Positions 31,153 through 41,913 of a DNA stretch of 64,000 bases are shown here, one piece after another. A program made the position numbers and the translations under genes. The notes under the pieces are model-generated. The model was not told the DNA's origin. It saw only the letters and a program-made list of their open reading frames with translations, and searched no databases. Origin of the DNA: a virus (lineage: Duplodnaviria; Caudoviricetes); IMG/VR virus record IMGVR_UViG_3300010163_000005, positions 117,781 to 181,780 of that record. The stretch is one strand, 5' to 3'. Each line of letters opens with the position of its first letter. Position 1 is the first letter of the stretch.

Positions 31153-32061
31153 TCAATTATTTTTTAAATAAACGCTCAAACATATCATTGTCTTAAAATC
31201 AATACTACGACTGTTTAATATAATAGGAATAAACCGTTTTTTAATATATTTAAAATATTTTGTAGGCAAATCATTTATTATTGCCAATAAACATTCAGCA
31301 TTTGCTCTTTTAACCAATATAGGCATATACATATATTTTTGATTTTTAATAAATATGAATATAAAATTTTTAGTTATTTCTTGCAATTTACTATTACTAT
31401 ATATTTCTTCTCCATAAAAATTACATATATATTTATAATATTCAAGTATTTTACAATAGGTACTTGCAATATCACTACTTCTCATTAAATAATTTACAAT
31501 TTTATGTAAAATATTAATATCATTATTGTTATAAGAATTTTTTTTAATTATAGATATATTATTTGTATCATCTATGTAGCCGCCAAAATTAACAATATCG
31601 TTAGTCTTATCTTCACAAGCTATAACATCATTATTTACATACAAATCGTATTCTAAAAAGTAACAATTATCTTTTTGTTTATTAACTTTAAAAATTGGTG
31701 CTTTCCAAACACTCATATTACGAAATATACTTTCAATCTTAACATTATTATCAATTCTTATTTTTGTTAAACGATAATAATAATCTTTTACAATATTTAT
31801 ATTATAATCACAATTAAAACTTACCCAATTATCTAAAATAGAAAAAATTAATGCCAATTCCATTGTTAAATTTTCGTTTTTTAATTTTTCTATTACTTCC
31901 TCGCTGTCACTATACATAACTGCTCCACTAGGAGATATTTCAAAATGGTCTCTGAATTCATTGTTTATAAAACCTAAAGCTCCTATCCGCTGATAAAAAG
32001 CTATATTAAAATATCCGTCATTTTTATATGGTTCTAAAATCTTTAGTATTTTATCATTCAT
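31153..32061 (-). CDS. Paralog family B protein
   Basis: LEPYKNDGYFNIAFY...VIACEDKTND; promoter at 32105-32133. Confidence 0.7.
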   Translation of the reverse strand: MNDKILKILEPYKNDGYFNIAFYQRIGALGFINNEFRDHFEISPSGAVMYSDSEEVIEKLKNENLTMELALIFSILDNWVSFNCDYNINIVKDYYYRLTKIRIDNNVKIESIFRNMSVWKAPIFKVNKQKDNCYFLEYDLYVNNDVIACEDKTNDIVNFGGYIDDTNNISIIKKNSYNNNDINILHKIVNYLMRSSDIASTYCKILEYYKYICNFYGEEIYSNSKLQEITKNFIFIFIKNQKYMYMPILVKRANAECLLAIINDLPTKYFKYIKKRFIPIILNSRSIDFKTMICLSVYLKNN

Positions 32062-32247
32062 AAGTATATTTTATCCTTTCAAATTTTGTAAACTTTTTAT
32101 TTATATTATATAATAAATAATATTGTTTGTCAATTTTGTAAATAGTAAAAATAAAAAAATAACTCTCTTATTACAAGCATTATCAAACAACTTATGATAA
32201 TTAGTATAAATAAATCTTTAAAATTAAAATCCATTTTTAACACCGTT

Positions 32248-32541
32248 CTATTTTTTTATCATTGTTTTTAAATCTTTCATTAAATTAGCTGGAATTTGTA
32301 ATACAGTAATTAATGTTTCTCCAGTAAAAATAAATGCTTTATCTCCATATAAACGAATATTGTTAGCAGACTTGTTATTAAAATATAATGATGTAATCCA
32401 TTTATTTAACCTACCTTTAGTCTGGTCGTGTCTTATACCCTCATTAAAAGCCTTTTTTGATACTTTTTCAAATGACTTAACATTTAAACCGTTCCGCTCT
32501 TTTAGTCTCTTTTTAGCATGTTTAGATATATATATACTCAT
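32248..32541 (-). CDS. Conserved small phage protein, possibly DUF4258/BECR-like
   Basis: ISKHAKKRLKER...LITV. Confidence 0.55.
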   Translation of the reverse strand: MSIYISKHAKKRLKERNGLNVKSFEKVSKKAFNEGIRHDQTKGRLNKWITSLYFNNKSANNIRLYGDKAFIFTGETLITVLQIPANLMKDLKTMIKK

Positions 32542-32610
32542 TAATATATTACCTCCCTTACAATTTTATTATTAAATAAATTTTATTGTAAAAGTTATCT
32601 ATTAAACTTT

Positions 32611-32643
32611 AAAAAAAAGAGAGGTAAATTACCTCTCTTTTTT
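32611..32643 (-). terminator. Terminator of the tRNA operon
   Basis: aaaaaaaagagaggtaaattacctctctttttt. Confidence 0.75.
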
Positions 32644-32743
32644 GAAGCTTAACTATGAAAGAACAATACCTTGAAAAAAAATTAGAGTAACAGTTAAACA
32701 TATCTAACATTATATATATCTAAAAAATATTTTTTAGATATAA

Positions 32744-32826
32744 TACCCAAAGTGGGACTTGAACCCACACGATATTTCTATCAGGGGATTTTAAGTCCCC
32801 AGCGTCTGCCATTCCGCCATTTGGGC
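32744..32826 (-). tRNA. tRNA-Leu (anticodon TAA)
   Basis: GCCCAAA acceptor stem, GGGGA-CT-TAA-AA-TCCCC anticodon arm, long variable arm, GTTCAAGT T-loop; CCA not encoded. Confidence 0.95.
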
Positions 32827-32836
32827 AAAAAAATAA

Positions 32837-32922
32837 CGGAGAGGGTGGGATTCGAACCCACGGCCCCTTGCGGAGTCACTGATTTTCAAAACCAACTCCT
32901 TAAACCACTCGGACACCTCTCC
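32837..32922 (-). tRNA. tRNA-Ser (anticodon TGA)
   Basis: GGAGAGG acceptor stem, TTGGT-TT-TGA-AA-ATCAG anticodon arm, long variable arm, GTTCGAAT T-loop, discriminator G. Confidence 0.95.
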
Positions 32923-33062
32923 AAATTAGTATATGCCTATATGTACTTTGCCCACATATAGGCATAATAACTTTTAAGGGAGCATTTCCATATGCTGTCA
33001 GCCTTGATACAATCATTAAATCTAAGGTTATAAACCACAACAAGCAATCTTGTTACATTCTT

Positions 33063-33091
33063 ATATTACACCATTTATTATGTCTTGTCAA
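33063..33091 (-). promoter_or_regulatory. Promoter of the tRNA operon
   Basis: TTGACA-17-TAATAT. Confidence 0.65.
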
Positions 33092-33736
33092 TACCTTTTT
33101 AAAATTTTTTAACTAAAAAATTTAATAAAATTATCAACATCATTTATATCCACAAAATATATAGTAGAATAATAAAAAAAATTATCATTCATATTATTTA
33201 TTTGTTCTTGTATAAAAAATAAATCTTGTTTTGTTACAAATAAATTAAATTTTATTTTGTATAAAAGACAACTTCATATAAATTTTCATTAAAAAATATT
33301 CAACAATATTCTATATTAATTCCTTTTAAATTATATAAAAGTAAAACTTGTTTAATATTATTAATCTACTTTGTATTTATAATAATATCAAAAAAAACAA
33401 AATATTTTATATCTATAATAACATTTATTAGAAACACATTTAGATAAATTAAACATTTTTCTAAAACATTTTTTGTCTATAACATTATCTAAAAGATACC
33501 AACGTTTATCATCACATATAAAATATAATTTATATAAATTCATCTTTTTATTTTTCCCTTATTATTAAAAAATAAAATTTTTAATAATAAATTTAATCTA
33601 TTAATGTTTACTTTATAATTTTATTGTATTATATGTAATTTATTATATCACATATATTTATTATATATTAATATAATTATTTATTAAAATCTGTTATTAT
33701 ATTTAACCCCCCTACTATATTTAATTTTTATATTAT

Positions 33737-34612
33737 TTATTTTACCCACCAATTAAAAACATCTTCTCCCGTTGCCCAATTTTCTTTAACATCCTTTCCG
33801 TTCTTTTTTCGTTCTTCAATCATTTTATCAAATGCTCGTGTGTAATTTTCTTTATATATTGGATACCTATTAAAATGTTCTTTTCTTGCGGTATCGCTTG
33901 CCATAGGACAACCTATACATCCAATTCGTTTATACCCCCCCCCACATTCATAAAGAGGATTACTTTTACAATTATAATAATTAAGAAACTCCCAAACATC
34001 ATTATCAGTCCAATCAATTATAGGATTAACCATTGTTTTTCTCGTTCTATAACATAACTCTACCATTCTGCGACTTTCATCATTATCATCATTTAAAATT
34101 ACTCCATTCAGATTACCAATTTTATAATCTACATTCATTTGTTCTGCAAGTTTTTGAGTACCTTTAGGTTTTCCTATAAATTTAACTACTCCTCCGTTTT
34201 GTTTTCTTTTTGGACTTTCTGCCCAACGAACTCCAGTAATAACAAGTTTACCGTCCCCACTATTTTCTTTTAATTTTTCACAACAATAACGCATTGTTCT
34301 AAGTGGAGGCATACCAATTTTTACAATTAAATTCCACATTGTTATTTGACTACCATCTTTATATTTAGGTTTTTCTATTCTTACATCTTTTTGTGATTTC
34401 ACATATTGTACCGTTTCCGGTGCATCAACAGTAATTAAATGGTGAACAGCTTCATATTTTACATTAGCAAGATTCGCTAATATTTTTATACAATCACTAT
34501 CTTTGCCACCACTATAAGCAAGATAATAACCATCTTCTGGTTCAAAGGCTTTTAATCTCTCAATAGATTTTTTAACTTTATTTTGTAATGTTGTATCTAA
34601 ACTTTTAACCAT
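33737..34612 (-). CDS. PAPS reductase family protein
   Basis: AYSGGKDS PP-loop, RYCCEKLKE, TGVRWAES..R, NPIIDW, RIGCIGCP. Confidence 0.88.
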   Translation of the reverse strand: MVKSLDTTLQNKVKKSIERLKAFEPEDGYYLAYSGGKDSDCIKILANLANVKYEAVHHLITVDAPETVQYVKSQKDVRIEKPKYKDGSQITMWNLIVKIGMPPLRTMRYCCEKLKENSGDGKLVITGVRWAESPKRKQNGGVVKFIGKPKGTQKLAEQMNVDYKIGNLNGVILNDDNDESRRMVELCYRTRKTMVNPIIDWTDNDVWEFLNYYNCKSNPLYECGGGYKRIGCIGCPMASDTARKEHFNRYPIYKENYTRAFDKMIEERKKNGKDVKENWATGEDVFNWWVK

Positions 34613-34896
34613 ATTATCATTCCTTTATTTTTTATTTAAAATAAACATATTAAACTTTTTAATAATAAAATTAATTCATTAAATCTATAATTGTGTTTTT
34701 CATACAATCAACAGACGGTTTTACTTTACATAATGAGTTCGCCTGTTTTAAAACATATGCCTGATTTGAATGTTTTTTATCAATTTCAAAGGGTCTTAAA
34801 ATATATTCTAAATTATCTTTTCCAAAATTTTTCATATCACTATTTATTGAATTTTTTATAAACATAATTACTATCCCTCTCTTAAAACAAAAAATT

Positions 34897-35412
34897 TTAT
34901 TCAAAATCATAATCTAATGTTATATGAAAATTATATCTTTTATTTAATAAAATACAATTATCTGGAATTATTAATTTTGTTTGTATAATACAATGATCAC
35001 CCTCTCCTGAAAGTATATTTTTTTCTGGATGTATATCCCCCCTAATAGATAGTTTATTTTTATTATTTACTAATTGATATTCTTCATCTCCTATCCTTTT
35101 AGCATAAAAAAATGGTATATCATATAATTCTTTATAAAATTCATCATCATTATGTAATGGTCTATCAAACTCTATTCCCAATTTCATATTTTTAGCATCT
35201 TTACATTTAACTTCATATGTTCTATGATTAAATGATGGTTCATTATTCCATATATCATACTCTATTATAAATTGACTTTCACCACCATATTCACTATTTA
35301 TTTTACCATAAAACCATAAATTATTATCCATTGCTATTTTATAATTAGTTATATCCGCTCCTGTTAAATTATCTATTACCTTTGCATAATATGTTATTCT
35401 TGGCACATCCAT
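34897..35412 (-). CDS. Hypothetical protein
   Basis: 171-aa ORF with RBS. Confidence 0.6.
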   Translation of the reverse strand: MDVPRITYYAKVIDNLTGADITNYKIAMDNNLWFYGKINSEYGGESQFIIEYDIWNNEPSFNHRTYEVKCKDAKNMKLGIEFDRPLHNDDEFYKELYDIPFFYAKRIGDEEYQLVNNKNKLSIRGDIHPEKNILSGEGDHCIIQTKLIIPDNCILLNKRYNFHITLDYDFE

Positions 35413-35551
35413 ATTTCCACACTTCCCTTTACTGAAATCTTTTTATTTTTTAATAAATTAATTTTCTTCTTTTAATATACTTTATAATAAAAAAGATGAT
35501 TTATTTTATAAATCATCTATCTGTTTCATTTTATTATAATAATTTATATAT

Positions 35552-36040
35552 TTAATTAAAAACTTCATCATATATTTTTTTGACATTTATATTACTATCA
35601 ACTCTATCATAAGGTATATTATCACAATCATTAACATCAATCCACCCACCAAAATGTAATAATAATTTATATATTGGTGTTGCAATTACATTTGATATAA
35701 AATCAAATATTAAAAATGTTTTTTCTGATTTTACCATTTTACTTAAATTATATTTTTCATAGTATTGTAAATTTTCATATGAATTAATATTACTGTAATA
35801 ATAAAATATACTAACATTTCCATTATAACCGTCATTATAATCAATGTAACAAGTATTTACTTCCCAATTATTACTATTACCATAATGAGCTTTTATAAAA
35901 TCATATTCAGATAACTTCCCCATATTTTCATTATCATATAAACGAATACGAGCATTTTTATCAATATTATTTTTTATAACGTTTAATATTGTTTTAGGTA
36001 AGATATGTCCATCCAATAAAATTTTTGTATTAACCGACAT
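35552..36040 (-). CDS. Hypothetical phage protein (HFGGW.D.NDCD family)
   Basis: Paralog of the split gene at 38549-39083. Confidence 0.65.
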   Translation of the reverse strand: MSVNTKILLDGHILPKTILNVIKNNIDKNARIRLYDNENMGKLSEYDFIKAHYGNSNNWEVNTCYIDYNDGYNGNVSIFYYYSNINSYENLQYYEKYNLSKMVKSEKTFLIFDFISNVIATPIYKLLLHFGGWIDVNDCDNIPYDRVDSNINVKKIYDEVFN

Positions 36041-36265
36041 TCTTAATCACTCCTTAGTAGATTTAGTAACTTCAACATATTTATTATGTTCATATTATGA
36101 ATATAAACATTTATATTCTTTTAACATTTTTTATATGTTTCATCTATCCAGTTTGCATTACAAACATCATAATAACAAGAATAAATACACTCAAAACAAT
36201 TCATAAACACCACTTTCCAACATTATAATATTTTTTAACAACTGCTTATGATTTTTAAATACTAC

Positions 36266-36544
36266 TCATACTTCTGCATAAATAATTCTTTTATTATTTT
36301 CATGTGAATATAATTCTTTACCATTAAAAAATAAATTACAATCATATACTGTTATATCCATTCGTTCAATATCAAATTTAATATCAAAATAACCGTCTTT
36401 AGTTACCTCTATGTTTAATATCTTAGTACCTTTTTTAATGATAACAGACTCAAAGTAAAAATCACTTAATAAATAATTACCTATTAATCTTTTTAACAAT
36501 TTGTCCATTTTGATTTTTAATTGTTCTTTTTTTGTTTCTTTCAT
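36266..36544 (-). CDS. Hypothetical protein
   Basis: RBS; promoter at 36581-36610. Confidence 0.55.
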   Translation of the reverse strand: MKETKKEQLKIKMDKLLKRLIGNYLLSDFYFESVIIKKGTKILNIEVTKDGYFDIKFDIERMDITVYDCNLFFNGKELYSHENNKRIIYAEV

Positions 36545-36647
36545 ATTTTTAAATTCCTTTCTAAATTATCACTTAATTGCATTATAATACATTTTAATAT
36601 AAGTTGTCAATAATGTTTTAAAAAATTATAAATATTAATAACAAATT

Positions 36648-36682
36648 AAAAAAGCGTAGTTATATATATAACTACGCTTTTT
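36648..36682 (-). terminator. Palindromic intrinsic terminator
   Basis: aaaaagcgtagttatatatataactacgcttttt. Confidence 0.8.
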
Positions 36683-36854
36683 GAAGATATCAGAAAATAA
36701 AAGAGAAATATAGATGCTATAAGTATATTATAGCATAATATAAGCAAAAGTCAAGCATTATTAAATATTTTTATTATGGCTGTTCCATCAATTTAATAAA
36801 ATATATATCTTATTATAATTATTTATTACATAATGGTTATTATAACTGAATTTA

Positions 36855-37682
36855 TTAATCTGCAAATTCTGTATCTTCTGTTACTGTATTATTATCTACA
36901 ATTTTCACATATGTGTTGTCTGCTGGTGTAATTACAACATCTTCATTATCTAAACCCCAAAAAGAAATTTGATGTCCTTTAGCTTTAATTATTGTTCCAT
37001 CCCATTCTAATATGTCATTATTAAGTTGCACTTTACCAGGAAGTAAAGTTTTTACTTTAGCATATTTACCAACATAGTTTATATTTTGAATTATATAATC
37101 AATATCTGGATAAAGTTTTTTCACCTTTTCAAACATATCTGGCATATATCGCTTTAATTGACTACAGAACATAGGAACATTTTCTTGTTGATAAGAAGTT
37201 ATCTCCCCGCCCATTAATGCTCGTGGCTTAAATTTTAACAATTCTACAATAAATTCTGGGGTAAAATCTTCTTTTTTAATAATATCTCCGTCACCTTTAA
37301 AAAAATCCTTTTCTCTGATTGAATTTTTATAATTAAGTAAATGAGGTAATGGTAAATAAACATAATCTCCAATATAGCATACAAACTTTAAACTTTTTTT
37401 AGAATATTCAATATCACCATATTCATTTTTTCCTTTTTGAATTAATTGACCGCATTTTCTAGAAACTTTTGTATACCCTTCTTCTATTTTAGTTTTTCCA
37501 TATGGACAAGAGTGAGAAAATAATCCATTTAACATTACACATTTATTATTTTTATACGCATCACAATTTTGTGCATTACTGCAAGTAAAAATTACTACTC
37601 TTTCTCTATCGCTCCTTCCTGCTTTAAATAAACTATTTTTTGGGTTATAGTATGTAAAATTTATTGGAATATAATCACTCAT
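36855..37682 (-). CDS. Conserved phage hypothetical protein
   Basis: AAGGAGG RBS before MSDYIP; Cys-rich N-terminus. Confidence 0.7.
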   Translation of the reverse strand: MSDYIPINFTYYNPKNSLFKAGRSDRERVVIFTCSNAQNCDAYKNNKCVMLNGLFSHSCPYGKTKIEEGYTKVSRKCGQLIQKGKNEYGDIEYSKKSLKFVCYIGDYVYLPLPHLLNYKNSIREKDFFKGDGDIIKKEDFTPEFIVELLKFKPRALMGGEITSYQQENVPMFCSQLKRYMPDMFEKVKKLYPDIDYIIQNINYVGKYAKVKTLLPGKVQLNNDILEWDGTIIKAKGHQISFWGLDNEDVVITPADNTYVKIVDNNTVTEDTEFAD

Positions 37683-37827
37683 ATTAAAAACCTCCTTATT
37701 AGATTTTATCAATATATGTAGTAAAAACTTATACCTAATTTACAAATAAAATTTTTAAAAACCTACAAATGTATGTAGGTTTTTGTTTAATAACAAGAAT
37801 GATAATTTTTATAAAAATGATATTTCA

Positions 37828-38496
37828 CTAAACTATATCAATGATATTATTTTTAGCTAACATTTTCAACAAATTTACATCTTTAATAACCCAGTGTAAA
37901 TTATTAAGTTCGCTATTATATGATCTATGCTTTATTTTTAAATCATCAAGTATACCTTGAATTTTTAATTTATCTATAGCCTTAATCACATTAAATCTTA
38001 TTTTTACACCATTTTGCTGTATTTTAATATACGTTACATTTCCTAAAAACACTTTACTATTATTAACAAATAATGATGGCATATTTTTAATTTCTTGTTG
38101 TGATTTATCATCTAATACAGCAAACCTTTTAATATCGCCATTACATTCATTTAATGCTTTATCAATTGGCATTATAAATGTATTATTCTCCATATCATCA
38201 TCTTCTAAAACAAATAAATTATAATATTTTAAATTATAATTTATAGTATTATTAATACCCCACATTATATCTTTAGTATTATTATAAGTTAATGTAATAT
38301 TGTTTGTTTTAAAAAATGCTTCAATCATTTTATAACAATCATCTGTCAAATTTATGATACAACTCTTTATAAACATAGAATTTGCAGGAACAACTTCAAT
38401 ACTTGACATTGTTTTATCAAAATCAAATTTAAACATACAACCTAAATTTGCAAATATTAAATTTAATTCATCTGTCATTTCTTTGGTAATTTTCAT
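37828..38496 (-). CDS. Hypothetical protein
   Basis: 222 aa, AAGGAG RBS. Confidence 0.6.
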   Translation of the reverse strand: MKITKEMTDELNLIFANLGCMFKFDFDKTMSSIEVVPANSMFIKSCIINLTDDCYKMIEAFFKTNNITLTYNNTKDIMWGINNTINYNLKYYNLFVLEDDDMENNTFIMPIDKALNECNGDIKRFAVLDDKSQQEIKNMPSLFVNNSKVFLGNVTYIKIQQNGVKIRFNVIKAIDKLKIQGILDDLKIKHRSYNSELNNLHWVIKDVNLLKMLAKNNIIDIV

Positions 38497-38548
38497 TAAT
38501 TATAACTCTCCTTTTTAAAAATTTTATATTTTAAAACAATATATATTT

Positions 38549-39083
38549 TTACTTATCCTTAATAACAACAATACAACCAAATTTATCATAAATTTCTTTC
38601 ATTGTAACATATTTTACTGGTTTAATTGTACTGTCAACATTCAACTCAATGGGATAGAATGATATATCATCACAATTATTTTCATCTAACCAACCACCGC
38701 CAAAATGAGCAATCATTTGCTTTATAATATCAACATTATCAGTATCACAAAATGATATAATAGTTGTTGTTTCTGATAATACCATATTTTCTAAATGTAA
38801 ATTAGAATAATATGATAAATCTTCAAATATGTTAATATTACTATAATTATAAAATATTGGTATTATTATATTTAAAAACAATAAAACCACTATATTTGTA
38901 CTAAATTTCATCATTATCAGAATGTTCATTAATTTGATACTTAAAATTAATTTCTGATAATGGTTTACAATCCTCCCTTGTTACAAATTCTTTTACATTA
39001 ATATCAAATTTTTGTTTAATATAATTAAAAATTTCTTTGTGCGACACAAAACCTTTAATTTTTCCTACTATTTCTATTGACAT
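38549..39083 (-). pseudogene. Frameshifted paralog of 35552-36040
   Basis: N-terminal half (38901-39083) and C-terminal half (HFGGGWLDENNCDD) lie in different frames. Confidence 0.6.
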
Positions 39084-39382
39084 AATATTTTCCTCCTTAT
39101 TGTATAAAATGTTAATTTCTATTTATTATTTTCATAATTTTATTAACATCATTTTTCTTTATATCATGAATAACAATATCATCACAATTCAAATCGTCAA
39201 AATAAAATTCAATATTATTTTTATCTAACGCATCAATTTCTGATTTTGTAATATCTTCAACAACCAACTCCATACACAACACGCTTTCTATTATTTAAAA
39301 AATGTATTACTATTCTTTTTTTATGTAAAAACATTTTTTATTATTGCATAAAATATAAATTATATTATAAATTTTTTATTTT

Positions 39383-39607
39383 TTATAAATTCATTACTTC
39401 TTGTTTAATTAAATCTTTTACATTTTCAAAAAATTTATTGCTGCATTCGTCACAATCCAAATTATTGCAATCCATTTCATTTCTTTCCATATTGCTATAT
39501 GTTGGATAATATGCAAGTGGACAATGCCCTGTTAGTACTTTAGTTCGTAATAAGTCTATTTTTAATTCAACAATGATTTCCTTTAACTCCTTTTTGGTTA
39601 ATGACAT
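39383..39607 (-). CDS. Small Cys-rich hypothetical protein
   Basis: HCP...C...DCDEC; promoter at 39667-39695. Confidence 0.55.
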   Translation of the reverse strand: MSLTKKELKEIIVELKIDLLRTKVLTGHCPLAYYPTYSNMERNEMDCNNLDCDECSNKFFENVKDLIKQEVMNL

Positions 39608-39784
39608 ATTAATACCCTCTCCCCTTTTTTTATTTAACTTATAACAATTATTTTTAATATAATTATATTATATAATATTTTATTATTATTGTCAATAATA
39701 TTATTAAAATTAAAAATTATTATTTTTACAGTCGCTCCATACAAAATTTTTCAACTTATAAAATAAATATAATAATTATTATGT

Positions 39785-40744
39785 TCAAGCATTTAAAACA
39801 GATGTTATTTTTACAAAATAACCAAAATTTTGTTCAATATTTTTTTTATCCTTTTTTAATATTTTTAAAATTTTTTTTAATAAAGATTTATTAATATATT
39901 TATAATATTTATACGGTATTTTTTCTATCAAAGAAAATATCGCCTCATTATAAAAAACAAAATGTTTTATCAACTTAATTAAAACATCACTAAATAATTG
40001 TCTATTAAATATTATTGATTGTTCCGTAAATATATTATCATTTAATAATTCAATCATAAGATTAATAATTAAACATATATTATTTTGCATTTTTGAACTA
40101 TTTATTAACGAATCATCTTGATAATTAATTATTCTTATACAGTATTCAATTATTATTTTATTATTATCCACTTGCTCTGAAATAAATAATGGATTACACA
40201 TTTGAGCCAATATTTTAACATCATTCATAGTATATATATACTTTGGTTTTATCCTACCCTCAATTGTAATGCCCAAATATTCAAAATAAACCTCGTCACT
40301 AGAGCAATCATTGCAATTTATAACATCAATATCAATATTCATTGAATATCTTTTTATTATACTCTCCTCATAAAAAATCATAACTATAGAACAACAACCT
40401 TTATATAATAATAAATTATCTGTTTGAGTATTTATAATATTACCATCTATATTATTATGTGTTAATTGATAAAACAATTTATTAATACAATTAATATAAA
40501 TTTCTTTTTCAACATTTACATTACCACAAATATCAATTAATATGTAAAATATTAATTGATATTCATCATAATTATCTAAATTTATAAATTTCTCATTAGA
40601 CATAACATTATCCAAATTTTCAATAATATCATAAAAAAATAAATTAAAGTAGCTGTCATTTTTATATAGATATAATTTTGTTAATATATTGTCTTTTATT
40701 TTGCCAATTTTTCTTGTTAAATTCGTATATATCATCTCAATCAC
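39785..40744 (-). CDS. Paralog family B protein
   Basis: LYLYKNDSYFNLFFY...FYQLTH...VINCNDCSSD. Confidence 0.75.
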   Translation of the reverse strand: MIEMIYTNLTRKIGKIKDNILTKLYLYKNDSYFNLFFYDIIENLDNVMSNEKFINLDNYDEYQLIFYILIDICGNVNVEKEIYINCINKLFYQLTHNNIDGNIINTQTDNLLLYKGCCSIVMIFYEESIIKRYSMNIDIDVINCNDCSSDEVYFEYLGITIEGRIKPKYIYTMNDVKILAQMCNPLFISEQVDNNKIIIEYCIRIINYQDDSLINSSKMQNNICLIINLMIELLNDNIFTEQSIIFNRQLFSDVLIKLIKHFVFYNEAIFSLIEKIPYKYYKYINKSLLKKILKILKKDKKNIEQNFGYFVKITSVLNA

Positions 40745-40849
40745 CCTGAAAATATTTATTTATCCTTTTATTAAATATGTTCAATAATATAAAATCAAAA
40801 TTCATAACTAATATATATTTTATCTATATAAAATAACTAATTATTATAT

Positions 40850-41818
40850 TTAAGCATTTAAAAAAGATGTTATTTTTACAATATATCCAAAATATTGTTC
40901 AATGTTTTTTTTATCCTTTTTTAATATTTTTAAAAATTTTTTTAATAAAGATTTATTAATATACTTATAATATTTAAATGGTATTTTTTCTATCAAAGAA
41001 AATATTGCCTCATTAAAAACAACTAAATGTTTTATTAACTTAATTAAAATATCAATAAACAACTGATTATTAAATATTATTGATTGTTCTGTAAATACAT
41101 TATTATTCAATAAATCAATCATCATATTAATAATAAAATATATATTGAATTGCGTTATTAATGTATATATCAATAACCCGTCTTGGTAATTAATTATTCT
41201 TATACAATATTCAATTATTATTTCATAACCATGTGTTCTTATTGGATTATACCAATAAGAACACATTATATTTAATATTTTAGTGTCATTTATAGTATAT
41301 ATATTTTTTGCCTTTATCATGCCTTTAATTGTATTACCAATATATTTAAAATTAATCAAATCATCAGAATAATCAACACAATTTATAATATCAATATCAA
41401 TATACATTGTATATTGTTTTACTATGTGCTCTTTATAAGAAATCGTGACTATAGAACAATAATCCGCCTCTAATAAATTATCTGATTGAACAATTATATC
41501 ATTTATAATATCATTATCTAAATTAAAATGCGTTAATTGATAAATCAAATTATTAATATAATTTATATAAGTTTCTTTTTTAATATCTATATTAATACAA
41601 ATATCTATTAACATTTTACATATTATTGAGTATTCATTACACCTATTCGATTTCATTAATTCTTCATACCGAAACCAAAGAACAATTCCATCTAATTTTT
41701 TAGCAATATCATAAAAAAACAAATTAAAATAACTATTATCCTTATATGGATATAATTTTTTTAATATATTATTTTTCATCTCTTTAATTACTCTTATTAA
41801 TTTTTCCTCATGTATCAT
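40850..41818 (-). CDS. Paralog family B protein
   Basis: LYPYKDNSYFNLFFY; C-terminus near-identical to 39785-40744. Confidence 0.75.
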   Translation of the reverse strand: MIHEEKLIRVIKEMKNNILKKLYPYKDNSYFNLFFYDIAKKLDGIVLWFRYEELMKSNRCNEYSIICKMLIDICINIDIKKETYINYINNLIYQLTHFNLDNDIINDIIVQSDNLLEADYCSIVTISYKEHIVKQYTMYIDIDIINCVDYSDDLINFKYIGNTIKGMIKAKNIYTINDTKILNIMCSYWYNPIRTHGYEIIIEYCIRIINYQDGLLIYTLITQFNIYFIINMMIDLLNNNVFTEQSIIFNNQLFIDILIKLIKHLVVFNEAIFSLIEKIPFKYYKYINKSLLKKFLKILKKDKKNIEQYFGYIVKITSFLNA

Positions 41819-41913
41819 TTTATTCTCCTTAAAAACACTGATTTATCTCTTTTTTAAAAAATTATAATAAAATAAAAAATTTATATTCATTAAGCACTAT
41901 TAAAACCCAGTAA

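Noticed and set aside
32744-32922. tRNA as an integration (att) site marking an element boundary
   Set aside because: No integrase or duplicated tRNA 3' end was seen, and gene style, promoters and paralog families continue on both sides.
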